Source: Vibrio phage Chester. From it: a stretch of DNA of 40,000 nt. Location of the stretch: the sequence record MN966732.1, one strand, 5' to 3'. The notes beneath the pieces were generated by a model. The model worked only from the letters and a program-made list of their open reading frames with translations, did not search any database and was not told the DNA's origin. Position numbers and translations under genes: made by a program. This document shows positions 9,667-16,548 of the stretch, piece by piece. Position 1 is the first letter of the stretch; each line of letters opens with the position of its first letter.

Positions 9667-9872
9667 GTAATTTTATTTGGAACATCAACTTTCTTATATT
9701 CTGGCGTCTAGCTTGGCTTAGAAAGACTAGCGGTAAAGTATATATGGATAATTGGAGTAATATTGGTCGTCTATACTTTACTACACAACCTAAACCATTT
9801 TTGTTCGTTATTCAACCAAAGATCACAAAGATTAAAAATTGGTTTGCTAATTTGGATAATAACTTGCTATAA
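9663..9872 (+). CDS. Hypothetical protein
   Basis: ORF with ATGA-type overlap. Confidence 0.5.
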   Translation: MSNFIWNINFLIFWRLAWLRKTSGKVYMDNWSNIGRLYFTTQPKPFLFVIQPKITKIKNWFANLDNNLL

Positions 9873-9873
9873 T
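9844..9873 (+). promoter_or_regulatory. Promoter TTGCTA-18-TATAAT
   Basis: Followed by GCATAGTTTGAAAGAACGGAGAT leader. Confidence 0.7.
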
Positions 9874-9904
9874 ATTCGCATAGTTTGAAAGAACGGAGAT
9901 AAAA

Positions 9905-10099
9905 ATGATTTTAAAAGAAGAAACCCCCGACAACTTCATCGTAGCTAAATCAAAAATCGACTACGGTGATATTCGTAAAGGTAGAAACGTGTTCGTGTAT
10001 AAGACCATCCCAGGTCTAAAAGACTTGTCGGTTCACAAAGCCGTACAAGGGGACGAAAACAAAGTACACTACTTCTTCAACCACGAATTGGAGTTTTAA
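9905..10099 (+). CDS. Hypothetical protein
   Basis: ORF with SD after promoter. Confidence 0.7.
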   Translation: MILKEETPDNFIVAKSKIDYGDIRKGRNVFVYKTIPGLKDLSVHKAVQGDENKVHYFFNHELEF

Positions 10100-10100
10100 T

Positions 10101-10361
10101 ATGACAGAACGAGTTGTAGCAACCGGCTTTGAGAAATTCTTTGTAAAAGCATGGAAAGACTGGGACGGTGATCAATCTTTCCTAGCATTTTACGACTGCG
10201 AACTAGATCCTATTTTTGCGGTAATCGCAGGCATTAAAGAAGTTGACGTAGTTGAAATTAGTATGGAAGACTGTGAAGTACGTCTATACAATAGTGGTGA
10301 CGACGGCGTTCCATTCTTTAAACAACCTTATAAAATCACGTTGGTAGAGCCAACTAATTAA
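10101..10361 (+). CDS. Hypothetical protein
   Basis: ORF tightly following the previous gene. Confidence 0.7.
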   Translation: MTERVVATGFEKFFVKAWKDWDGDQSFLAFYDCELDPIFAVIAGIKEVDVVEISMEDCEVRLYNSGDDGVPFFKQPYKITLVEPTN

Positions 10362-10374
10362 GTTAAAACTTGAA

Positions 10375-10403
10375 TTGCTAAAACATCAAAAACTTTATAT
10401 AAT
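10375..10403 (+). promoter_or_regulatory. Promoter TTGCTA-17-TATAAT
   Basis: Exact -35/-10 match with repeated leader. Confidence 0.75.
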
Positions 10404-10441
10404 ATTCCCATAGTTTGAAAACAAAGAAAGGAAAAATCAAT

Positions 10442-10717
10442 ATGACTGAACAAAAAGTAACTCTAAAACCTGTAGCTGGTGACTCTCTTCTAATCGGTAA
10501 ATACCAGTCTGGTGTAGACCGTAAGGGAAAACCTGTGTTCCGTTCAATGTCAAAAGGCAAAGAACCTTCTACTATCGTGGAAGTGGTCTATGAAGACGGT
10601 CGTGTTCGCTCTAAAGAAGGCGATGTGTACGCAGTACGTCTGAACAAACGTCCAACGGTCATTAAGACCCGTCATGGCAAGAAAGCACTTCCTGCCCAAT
10701 GGATTACCGTAGCGTAA
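10442..10717 (+). CDS. Hypothetical protein
   Basis: Start trimmed to ATG 10442 after AAAGGAAAAA. Confidence 0.75.
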   Translation: MTEQKVTLKPVAGDSLLIGKYQSGVDRKGKPVFRSMSKGKEPSTIVEVVYEDGRVRSKEGDVYAVRLNKRPTVIKTRHGKKALPAQWITVA

Positions 10718-10884
10718 TGGCTAAGGTACTTGTTGATGAGTCCGTATTGTGGGGACTCATTAACTCCGACTTACTACTTCAACACCTAGAAAACGAAGGT
10801 GTTGATAACTGGTCTGGGTACTATCATCCTGAAGACCTAGACGAACAAACTAACAAATTATTGAAGGAAATTAAGCATGGCTAA
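10717..10884 (+). CDS. Hypothetical protein
   Basis: TAATG overlap with upstream gene. Confidence 0.6.
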   Translation: MAKVLVDESVLWGLINSDLLLQHLENEGVDNWSGYYHPEDLDEQTNKLLKEIKHG

Positions 10885-11119
10885 GAAATCATCTGTAATG
10901 GCAACTGTAACAGCTAAAAACAAAGCACGTCGTCTAGCACGCCACGTTAAGGCTCATCCAAAAGACGCACAGTCTGCTGCACGTGTAGGTAAACCACGTT
11001 CAGTACGCAAAGCACCTTTTGTTAAAGGTAGCTTTCGCAAGGTTAACAAAGCATACCGCGATGAAGCGGGTCACGTATTGGAAGCACCTCGCTTTGCTCC
11101 GGTCGCTAAACAAGCTTAA
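10877..11119 (+). CDS. Small highly basic protein
   Basis: MAKKSSVMATVTAKNKARRLARHVKAHPKD...KGSFRKVNKAYRDEAGHV. Confidence 0.75.
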   Translation: MAKKSSVMATVTAKNKARRLARHVKAHPKDAQSAARVGKPRSVRKAPFVKGSFRKVNKAYRDEAGHVLEAPRFAPVAKQA

Positions 11120-11167
11120 CAAAATGAAAGGGGTTGGGTAATCCAGCCCCTTATTAAGGAGAAAGAA

Positions 11168-12154
11168 ATGAATAACTTCGTAGCAAAACACTGCCGAACA
11201 TTTAACAAGGCAACTGTCCAACGTGACAGAACTAAGTATCATCGTCCTAGCTCTCGTAGCCTAATGGATGAGTGGTTTGAAGACGAAAATGACGGGTTCG
11301 AGCACCCAGGAATGGTCGAGCCAAAGGAGCTTGAGACTCCTTCTATAAGCGATAACGTTTATAAAAGAAGTTTCACTAACAAACAGGAGATAAATATGCC
11401 AGAGAACGCAATTGGTATAGCTTGCCCACATGCAGTAGGTGAGCCAGGTGTAGACGCTAAACAGTGTGTACTAAACCACCAACTCTATGGTAATGTAAAT
11501 CAAGAGCTAATGGAGTTAAGTCCAGTAACTCACTACCATCTAAACTGGGTATTTGACCTAGAAACATACGCAACTTGTCAAAACGCTATCGTGCCTGAAA
11601 TTTCAGCAGTAGCATTCGACATTCTTTCTGGTGAAGTATTTCACGAGATTACGTTGCACATTGATGTAGATTCTCAAGTTGCTCTCGGGCGCGAAGTTTC
11701 AGCTTCTACGCTATCATTTTGGCTAATGCAGTCAGAAGAAGCACGCCGTAAGATGTTGCTTGCTGACCCAGATTACTGCCGTAAGCGTGGTATTGAACTA
11801 CCGATGCCTATCTGCGGAGCGATGAGCAAACTTTACCAAGAAATTATTGATGTATCAGCTAAGTGGGCAGAACAAACTGGCTTCAGCAAAGAACCTCTAG
11901 TATGGGGTAATGGTATCACCTTCGATTTAGGTAAAACTATCTCGTTGTTTGAAACAGCTCAAGTCCCATTGCCTTGGCAATTCTGGGCAGAGCGCGATGC
12001 TCGTACAATCATGGACTTAGCTCCAGAGATTAAGAAACAATTTAGCCTAGACTTCCGTGGTGTACCTCATTATGGTCTTGACGACTGTAAGCACGAGCTA
12101 CGTTACTTGTCTGCTACATACATCAAAATCTGGGAAATGAGCAAAGAAAAGTAA
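11168..12154 (+). CDS. DnaQ/ExoVIII-type 3'-5' exonuclease-like protein
   Basis: WVFDLETYA (DxE), LVWGNGITFDL, HYGLDDCKHELRY (HxxxxD) DEDD motifs; second well-placed SD before internal Met at 11396. Confidence 0.8.
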   Translation: MNNFVAKHCRTFNKATVQRDRTKYHRPSSRSLMDEWFEDENDGFEHPGMVEPKELETPSISDNVYKRSFTNKQEINMPENAIGIACPHAVGEPGVDAKQCVLNHQLYGNVNQELMELSPVTHYHLNWVFDLETYATCQNAIVPEISAVAFDILSGEVFHEITLHIDVDSQVALGREVSASTLSFWLMQSEEARRKMLLADPDYCRKRGIELPMPICGAMSKLYQEIIDVSAKWAEQTGFSKEPLVWGNGITFDLGKTISLFETAQVPLPWQFWAERDARTIMDLAPEIKKQFSLDFRGVPHYGLDDCKHELRYLSATYIKIWEMSKEK

Positions 12155-12162
12155 AAACTTAA

Positions 12163-12191
12163 TTGCTTAAACATCAAAAACTTTATATAAT
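12163..12191 (+). promoter_or_regulatory. Promoter TTGCTT-17-TATAAT
   Basis: -35/-10 match, leader repeat. Confidence 0.7.
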
Positions 12192-12229
12192 ATATTCCTA
12201 AACTGAGAAAACAAAAGAAGGAAATCAAA

Positions 12230-12424
12230 ATGGCTAAACGTTCTAAAATGATTGGTATTAAAATGGCTGACCGTACTCGTAAAATGGCAGGTGAATATGG
12301 CATTGAAATTCTTGAGCAACGTCGCTCTGGTCTGGCTAAAGTCCTAGGCTTACTTGCTCGTGGTACTCGCGTCTCCAATCATCCTCGCGCTGTTGAATAC
12401 ACTGCGGCTCAATTCGGTCTTTAA
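12230..12424 (+). CDS. Small highly basic protein
   Basis: MAKRSKMIGIKMADRTRKMAGEYGIEILEQRRSGLAKVLGLLARGTRV; own promoter. Confidence 0.75.
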   Translation: MAKRSKMIGIKMADRTRKMAGEYGIEILEQRRSGLAKVLGLLARGTRVSNHPRAVEYTAAQFGL

Positions 12425-12473
12425 TTAGACCGTCTTAAAACTTTCTCATTAACTAATTATAAGGATACCAAAT

Positions 12474-12710
12474 ATGAATGGTAAAATGGCAAAAAATCTT
12501 CGTCGCATTGCACATGGTCTTACTGTTGTGGATTCTAACGAACTTGTAGATGTACATGGCACTAAGCGTGTTCGTACTGCACCAAACGGTACTAAAGTAG
12601 CTACCAGAACTCAAGCACACGCTAAAGGTAGTTACCGTAACGTATTGAAACAAGTCAAGTCCGGTCGTGTACATCCATTTGACCCTAGTGAAAACGCTCA
12701 CGTAGCTTAA
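12474..12710 (+). CDS. Small highly basic protein
   Basis: MNGKMAKNLRRIAHGLTVV...HAKGSYRNVLKQVKSGRVHPFDP; preceded by AAGGAT. Confidence 0.7.
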   Translation: MNGKMAKNLRRIAHGLTVVDSNELVDVHGTKRVRTAPNGTKVATRTQAHAKGSYRNVLKQVKSGRVHPFDPSENAHVA

Positions 12711-12843
12711 TAATTATGCAGAGAGCATAAAAATTAAAAATATACTTGCTCTCTGCTAAAACCTTTGTTATAATGGTTATCTAAATTAAAGAAAACCTCT
12801 TCATCAAATTTGAAAGCATTTGGTAATTAAATTAAAAAATGTC

Positions 12844-12872
12844 TTGCTAAGTGCTTTGAAACTTGATATAAT
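12844..12872 (+). promoter_or_regulatory. Promoter TTGCTA-17-TATAAT
   Basis: Exact -35/-10 match; reads towards small ORF and tRNA array. Confidence 0.75.
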
Positions 12873-12902
12873 AGTTCCATAAATTGATAAGGAATTGAAG
12901 AT

Positions 12903-13058
12903 ATGAAAAAACGTGGTAAAATTCAAAAGATTGCAATGTTCGCTCTTGGTTACGGTTCTAGTATTCCTCTAGCGAGTAAGAAATCTGGTTTAGGTTTACG
13001 TCGTACTAAGACTCTAGCTAAACATATTGCCGAAAACGGTTTTCGTATTCGAGACTAA
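12903..13058 (+). CDS. 51-aa basic protein missed by the ORF track
   Basis: MKKRGKIQKIAMFALGYGSSIPLASKKSGLGLRRTKTLAKHIAENGFRIRD; promoter and purine-rich leader upstream. Confidence 0.6.
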   Translation: MKKRGKIQKIAMFALGYGSSIPLASKKSGLGLRRTKTLAKHIAENGFRIRD

Positions 13059-13063
13059 ATAAT

Positions 13064-13140
13064 TGCGAGGATGGAGAAATGGCGTCTTGCGAGTTTCATA
13101 AGCTCGATAACGTGGGGTTCGAATCCTCACCTCGCAACCA
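13064..13140 (+). tRNA. tRNA with CAT anticodon (Met or Ile2)
   Basis: TGCGAGG/CCTCGCA acceptor, CGAGT-TTCATAA-GCTCG, TTCGAAT, encoded CCA. Confidence 0.85.
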
Positions 13141-13146
13141 AATCAT

Positions 13147-13223
13147 GCGCGTGTAGCTCAGTTGGTTAGAGCATCTGACTTTTAATCAGGTGGTCGAAGG
13201 TTCGAGTCCTTCTACGCGCACCA
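13147..13223 (+). tRNA. tRNA-Lys (TTT)
   Basis: GCGCGTG/TACGCGC acceptor; loop CTTTTAA; TTCGAGT; CCA. Confidence 0.95.
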
Positions 13224-13224
13224 T

Positions 13225-13300
13225 ACACCGGAAGACAGATGGATTGGTCGTCACCCTTTCAAGGTGGAGTTTGCGGGTTCGAGTCCCGTCCGGTGTACCA
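13225..13300 (+). tRNA. tRNA-Glu (TTC)
   Basis: ACACCGG/CCGGTGT; loop CTTTCAA; CCA. Confidence 0.93.
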
Positions 13301-13308
13301 AATTTAAG

Positions 13309-13494
13309 ATTTCTTTAGCTAGTATCCTAAACCGTGCCAGTGCAAAGAACAACTCACCACCGAACGCAAGCAGCTAGTAGGTGGGGAACTGAGAAGTGGC
13401 GTTCTCAGCCGGAATTGCAATCCGAGTGGAGTATAGGGGTGTCGGTCGGCTACCACAGAGCAGCGAGATGCTAAGGGTATTAGGCTAAAGAGAT
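13309..13494 (+). ncRNA. Candidate structured RNA between tRNA-Glu and tRNA-Ala
   Basis: Terminal helix ATTTCTTTAGC/GCTAAAGAGAT (11 bp) plus AGTATCC/GGGTATT; internal hairpins CCACC/GGTGG, CTGAGAA-GTGGCG-TTCTCAG, AGCA/TGCT; no good ORF. Confidence 0.6.
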
Positions 13495-13501
13495 TTTTAA
13501 C

Positions 13502-13578
13502 GGGGGATTAGCTCAGTTGGGATGAGCACCTGCTTTGCACGCAGGGGGTCGCGGGTTCGAGTCCCGCATCCTCCACCA
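13502..13578 (+). tRNA. tRNA-Ala (TGC)
   Basis: GGGGGAT/ATCCTCC; loop TTTGCAC; CCA. Confidence 0.94.
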
Positions 13579-13584
13579 AATTCT

Positions 13585-13661
13585 AGAGGCTTGGCTGAGC
13601 TGGCTATAGCGACTTCTTCATGCGGAGTAAGACGGGGGTTCGAGTCCCTCAGCCTCTACCA
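13585..13661 (+). tRNA. tRNA with CAT anticodon (Met, fMet or Ile2)
   Basis: AGAGGCT/AGCCTCT; ACTTC-TTCATGC-GGAGT; CCA. Confidence 0.88.
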
Positions 13662-13762
13662 GAACAATGCGGTTGTTTGAGTCCACTATACTTGTGTGAT
13701 ATAAGATTAATTCTAGGAGAAAACCAACTCAACCTAGAGCCGCGCCAAACAATAGGTAAGTT

Positions 13763-14164
13763 ATGGACATTTTTAGTAACTGTATTAATAGTAAAAAGCA
13801 GGGTGACGTAGGCGAGGCATACGCTAACTACATCCTAACTAGATTAGGTTATGTAGTAGCTAAACCGTTATGCGACAGTGCCAAGTACGATTTAATAGCA
13901 GAAAAAGATTCCAAGCTGTATAGGGTACAAGTAAAGACTTCCAAGTACAAAAAACCAAGCGGCAACTATGCCTTTTCCCTATCTACAGATGGCGGCAACA
14001 AGTCCAGAAACACTGTAGTGGAAAGAAAAGATGGCGACTATGACTTACTTGTACTAGTATCATCCGACCAACAATGCTGGATAGTACCAGAAAGAGAAAT
14101 AACTGCCAGAAAAGAAATGACAGCAGGTTCAAATATAGAAAGATTTAAGATTTTGTCGTATTAA
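13763..14164 (+). CDS. PD-(D/E)XK homing-endonuclease-like protein (I-Ssp6803I / PDDEXK_5 type)
   Basis: QGDVGEAYANYILTRLGYVVAKPL...KYDLIAEKDSKLYRVQVKTSKYK: E, D, QVK catalytic pattern. Confidence 0.78.
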   Translation: MDIFSNCINSKKQGDVGEAYANYILTRLGYVVAKPLCDSAKYDLIAEKDSKLYRVQVKTSKYKKPSGNYAFSLSTDGGNKSRNTVVERKDGDYDLLVLVSSDQQCWIVPEREITARKEMTAGSNIERFKILSY

Positions 14165-14244
14165 ACGTCTATGGAGGACGGCGGGATTGTAGACCCCGTG
14201 TTGCGAAAGCAGCTCCCTAGGTTCGATTCCTAGATGCGGCACCA
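14155..14244 (+). tRNA. tRNA-Tyr (GTA), long variable arm
   Basis: GTCGTAT/ATGCGGC acceptor (7 bp with 2 wobbles), CGTC/GACG D stem, loop TTGTAGA, variable arm GTTGC-GAAA-GCAGC, TTCGATT, CCA. Confidence 0.85.
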
Positions 14245-14250
14245 AATTTA

Positions 14251-14326
14251 GGGGAATTAACTCAGTGGTCAGAGTGGCTGCCTGTTAAGCAGCTGGTCGA
14301 TGGTTCAAGTCCATCATTCCCCGCCA
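14251..14326 (+). tRNA. tRNA-Asn (GTT)
   Basis: GGGGAAT acceptor; GCTGC-CTGTTAA-GCAGC; CCA. Confidence 0.93.
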
Positions 14327-14344
14327 ATTTAAGTTAAAAAGTAA

Positions 14345-14373
14345 TTGCTCAACTAGTTACTTTTCTGTATAAT
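14345..14373 (+). promoter_or_regulatory. Promoter TTGCTC-17-TATAAT
   Basis: Followed by AGTTACATAAAGTTGAGAAACGGAGAT leader. Confidence 0.75.
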
Positions 14374-14406
14374 AGTTACATAAAGTTGAGAAACGGAGAT
14401 AACAAA

Positions 14407-14601
14407 TTGAATAAACTAGGGCGACTAAAAGAAGCTGTTAAAGAGATTCGTAATGATACTGTTAATAATCTTCTGACCAAGCTTATTAACGCTGGTGATA
14501 TGAGACAAGCTCTCTACTTTACAGCAGGTTGTTTAATGTACATTGAGCACGACAACAGTGACCGTGTACACCTAGAATACATTCGAGACATTTTGTTATA
14601 A
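14407..14601 (+). CDS. Hypothetical protein, TTG start
   Basis: TTGAATAAACTAGGG after CGGAGAT; ORF from 14386 trimmed. Confidence 0.6.
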   Translation: MNKLGRLKEAVKEIRNDTVNNLLTKLINAGDMRQALYFTAGCLMYIEHDNSDRVHLEYIRDILL

Positions 14602-14610
14602 AAGAATTAT

Positions 14611-14688
14611 GCGGCTGTGTGCGAGATGGTTTAGGCAACCTCCCTGTCACGGAGGAGTACGTGGGTTCAAGTCCCATCGGTCGCGCCA
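14611..14688 (+). tRNA. tRNA-Asp (GTC)
   Basis: GCGGCTG/CGGTCGC; CCTCC-CTGTCAC-GGAGG; CCA. Confidence 0.92.
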
Positions 14689-14700
14689 AATTTAAAGGTA

Positions 14701-15003
14701 ATGAAGATGATTAAAGTAATTGTAAGCGATGAAGGTGTATCAGAGTTCGAGACTCTAAGCGAAGCATTAGACGAAGTTCTTGATTTTAGCAACGTAACTA
14801 TGATTGATACACACACTAAAACAACTTACGTGTACGATGAAGATGCTACTTTATGCTTCGAGCACCAGTTCGAAGACACTGCTGACGTTAATCCTTTCAC
14901 TAAAGAAGAAATGGAAATCGTAAGGTCAGCCCTAGAGTTTGCGGGCAATAATGCCGAAGGTCTTACTAAAATGGTCATTGAAAATATTATCGACAAGATT
15001 TAA
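14701..15003 (+). CDS. Hypothetical protein
   Basis: ORF MKMIKVIVSDEGVSEFETLSEALDEVL...; the base after its stop is tRNA-Pro position 1. Confidence 0.75.
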   Translation: MKMIKVIVSDEGVSEFETLSEALDEVLDFSNVTMIDTHTKTTYVYDEDATLCFEHQFEDTADVNPFTKEEMEIVRSALEFAGNNAEGLTKMVIENIIDKI

Positions 15004-15081
15004 CGGGGTGTAATGTCAGTCTGGTAGACGGCTCGCTTTGGATGCGAGAGGTCGCAGGTTCAAATCCTGCCTCCCCGACCA
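15004..15081 (+). tRNA. tRNA-Pro (TGG)
   Basis: CTCGC-TTTGGAT-GCGAG; TTCAAAT; CCA. Confidence 0.93.
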
Positions 15082-15083
15082 AA

Positions 15084-15405
15084 TGAGGAAACAGTATCCT
15101 TGCTCAAATGGGTACTCACTGAGGGACGAGCAATCCCAATACGTGCAGGCTGTCTAGCATATGCAGCTTTCGGTTGAAGTCACATGTTTAGTAATGCAAA
15201 CCCATTAGCTACGGCTTGGGAGCTTGCCACTTACTCGGTTAAGTCCAGAAACCTCTGTGGAATATGTAGGAGTGACCAGTGTGGGAACTGGCTCGTGGTT
15301 AGTATCTAAAGCCTCGCTCCCAAAAGAGTTATCTTTTGACTGCTAGCAAGTCCATAGCTATAGACTGTTGCAAAAGGCCGCAACAGGGCAGTACAAAAGA
15401 TAATT
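15084..15405 (+). ncRNA. Candidate structured RNA (about 320 nt) between tRNA-Pro and tRNA-Leu
   Basis: TTGCTC/GAGCAA hairpin whose loop AATGGGT pairs with ACCCATT (pseudoknot), TTGGGAGC/GCTCCCAA 8 bp, CCAGT/ACTGG, TTATCTTTTG/CAAAAGATAA 10 bp with ACTGC/GCAGT inside; no good ORF. Confidence 0.65.
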
Positions 15406-15409
15406 TAAT

Positions 15410-15494
15410 GCAGAAGTGGTGAAATTGGCAGCCACGCTAGATTTAGGTTCTAGTGCCTTCGGGCGTGAGGGTTCGAGTCCCTCCTTCTGTACCA
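15410..15494 (+). tRNA. tRNA-Leu (TAG)
   Basis: GCAGAAG/CTTCTGT; CTAGA-TTTAGGT-TCTAG; variable arm; CCA. Confidence 0.94.
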
Positions 15495-15500
15495 AACAAT

Positions 15501-15597
15501 GGAAGAGTAAGCCAACAGATTCTGGGTACTGGCAACTGTCTTGAAAACAGTCGATCCTTGAAAGGGTGTGTGGGTTCGAATCCCACTTCTTCCGCCA
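15501..15597 (+). tRNA. tRNA-Ser (TGA)
   Basis: GGAAGAG/TTCTTCC; ACTGT-CTTGAAA-ACAGT; variable arm; CCA. Confidence 0.9.
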
Positions 15598-15604
15598 AAT
15601 TAAT

Positions 15605-15691
15605 GCGTACTGAAGACTGAGTGGTCGGTCAGCAGCCTTCCAAGCTGTCGCTCCGAAAGGGGCTGGGGTTCGACTCCCCCTGTACGCTCCA
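15605..15691 (+). tRNA. tRNA-Gly (TCC) with an unusual long variable arm
   Basis: GCGTACT/TGTACGC, U73, GCAGC-CTTCCAA-GCTGT, extra arm GCTCC-GAAA-GGGGC, TTCGACT, CCA. Confidence 0.85.
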
Positions 15692-15776
15692 ACTTTAGGA
15701 ACTAGACAAAGATACTGACATCTCTAGTTCGACGCTGAAAAATTGCCCGTCAGACGAATATAAATTAAAAACGTAA

Positions 15777-15805
15777 TTGCTAAACATCGTAATTTAACGT
15801 ATAAT
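15777..15805 (+). promoter_or_regulatory. Promoter TTGCTA-17-TATAAT
   Basis: Leader AGTTACATAAAGTTGAGAAACGGAGAT. Confidence 0.8.
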
Positions 15806-15837
15806 AGTTACATAAAGTTGAGAAACGGAGATAATAA

Positions 15838-16074
15838 ATGGCAATTTCAAAAGTACCACAATCTGCACAGAAACAGCTTGAAACACTAATCCATGTGTTT
15901 GCAGCAGGTGACGGTGGCGTATCGTTATGTCACTTTAAGGCTAACTACGAAGCTATCGAACGCGATGCTTTAGCTGGTGATGAAAACTCAATCACTATTA
16001 TGGCAAAAGTGCAGGGCGTTATCAATCTAGTTCAACACCTAGCAGGTATTGACAACGATAATCTACAGTATTAA
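15838..16074 (+). CDS. Hypothetical protein
   Basis: ORF with SD; stop abuts tRNA-Thr. Confidence 0.75.
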   Translation: MAISKVPQSAQKQLETLIHVFAAGDGGVSLCHFKANYEAIERDALAGDENSITIMAKVQGVINLVQHLAGIDNDNLQY

Positions 16075-16151
16075 GCTTCCTTAGCTCCAATTGGCAGAGC
16101 ATCTGTTTTGTACTCAGAGGGTTGTCCGTTCGAATCGGACAGGGAGCACCA
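16075..16151 (+). tRNA. tRNA-Thr (TGT)
   Basis: GCTTCCT/AGGGAGC; loop TTTGTAC; CCA. Confidence 0.92.
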
Positions 16152-16309
16152 TACAACGTTATATAGTTACTACTCCATAGTGCCGCTCTACGATGCCAGA
16201 GAATAGGACTGTTGTACTGCGATAATGTTAAGCAGTTAAAAGAAGATGCATGAGTGACACCTACTGTGAGTGGTGTGACCTTCCCACTAGGAGAGTTGAA
16301 GTGGATAAT

Positions 16310-16385
16310 AGCGAGGTAGTTTAATTGGTAAAACATCGGACTTTGACTCCGACGTCGGTGGGTTCAAATCCCCCTCTCGCCGCCA
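16310..16385 (+). tRNA. tRNA-Gln (TTG)
   Basis: TCGGA-CTTTGAC-TCCGA; AGCGAGG/TCTCGCC with A1-C72 mismatch; CCA. Confidence 0.88.
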
Positions 16386-16386
16386 T

Positions 16387-16462
16387 ACTCCCTTAGCTCA
16401 GTGTGTAGAGCACCTCCCTTACAAGGAGGGGGTCGTTGGTTCGAATCCAACAGGGAGTACCA
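16387..16462 (+). tRNA. tRNA-Val (TAC)
   Basis: ACTCCCT/AGGGAGT; CCTCC-CTTACAA-GGAGG; CCA. Confidence 0.95.
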
Positions 16463-16548
16463 TCTCTAAATATCTTGTCCTAGCAACGCGAATCCAATGG
16501 ATGGGCAGGATGTTTACAAATGGTAACACAATAACAAAGGATGAAGAT

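Noticed and set aside
13620-13811. 63-aa ORF across tRNA and HEG start
   Set aside because: Overlaps a tRNA and lacks an RBS.
14165-14244. tRNA-Tyr as a split or truncated gene
   Set aside because: At first the 5' acceptor strand seemed missing; GTCGTAT at 14155-14161 pairs with ATGCGGC, so the tRNA is complete and merely overlaps the CDS.
15084-15405. RNase P RNA or tmRNA identity for the 320-nt RNA
   Set aside because: Lacks the GAGGAAAGTCCGGGC-type and ACAGAA conserved blocks of RNase P, and has no T-arm/tag-peptide layout of tmRNA.
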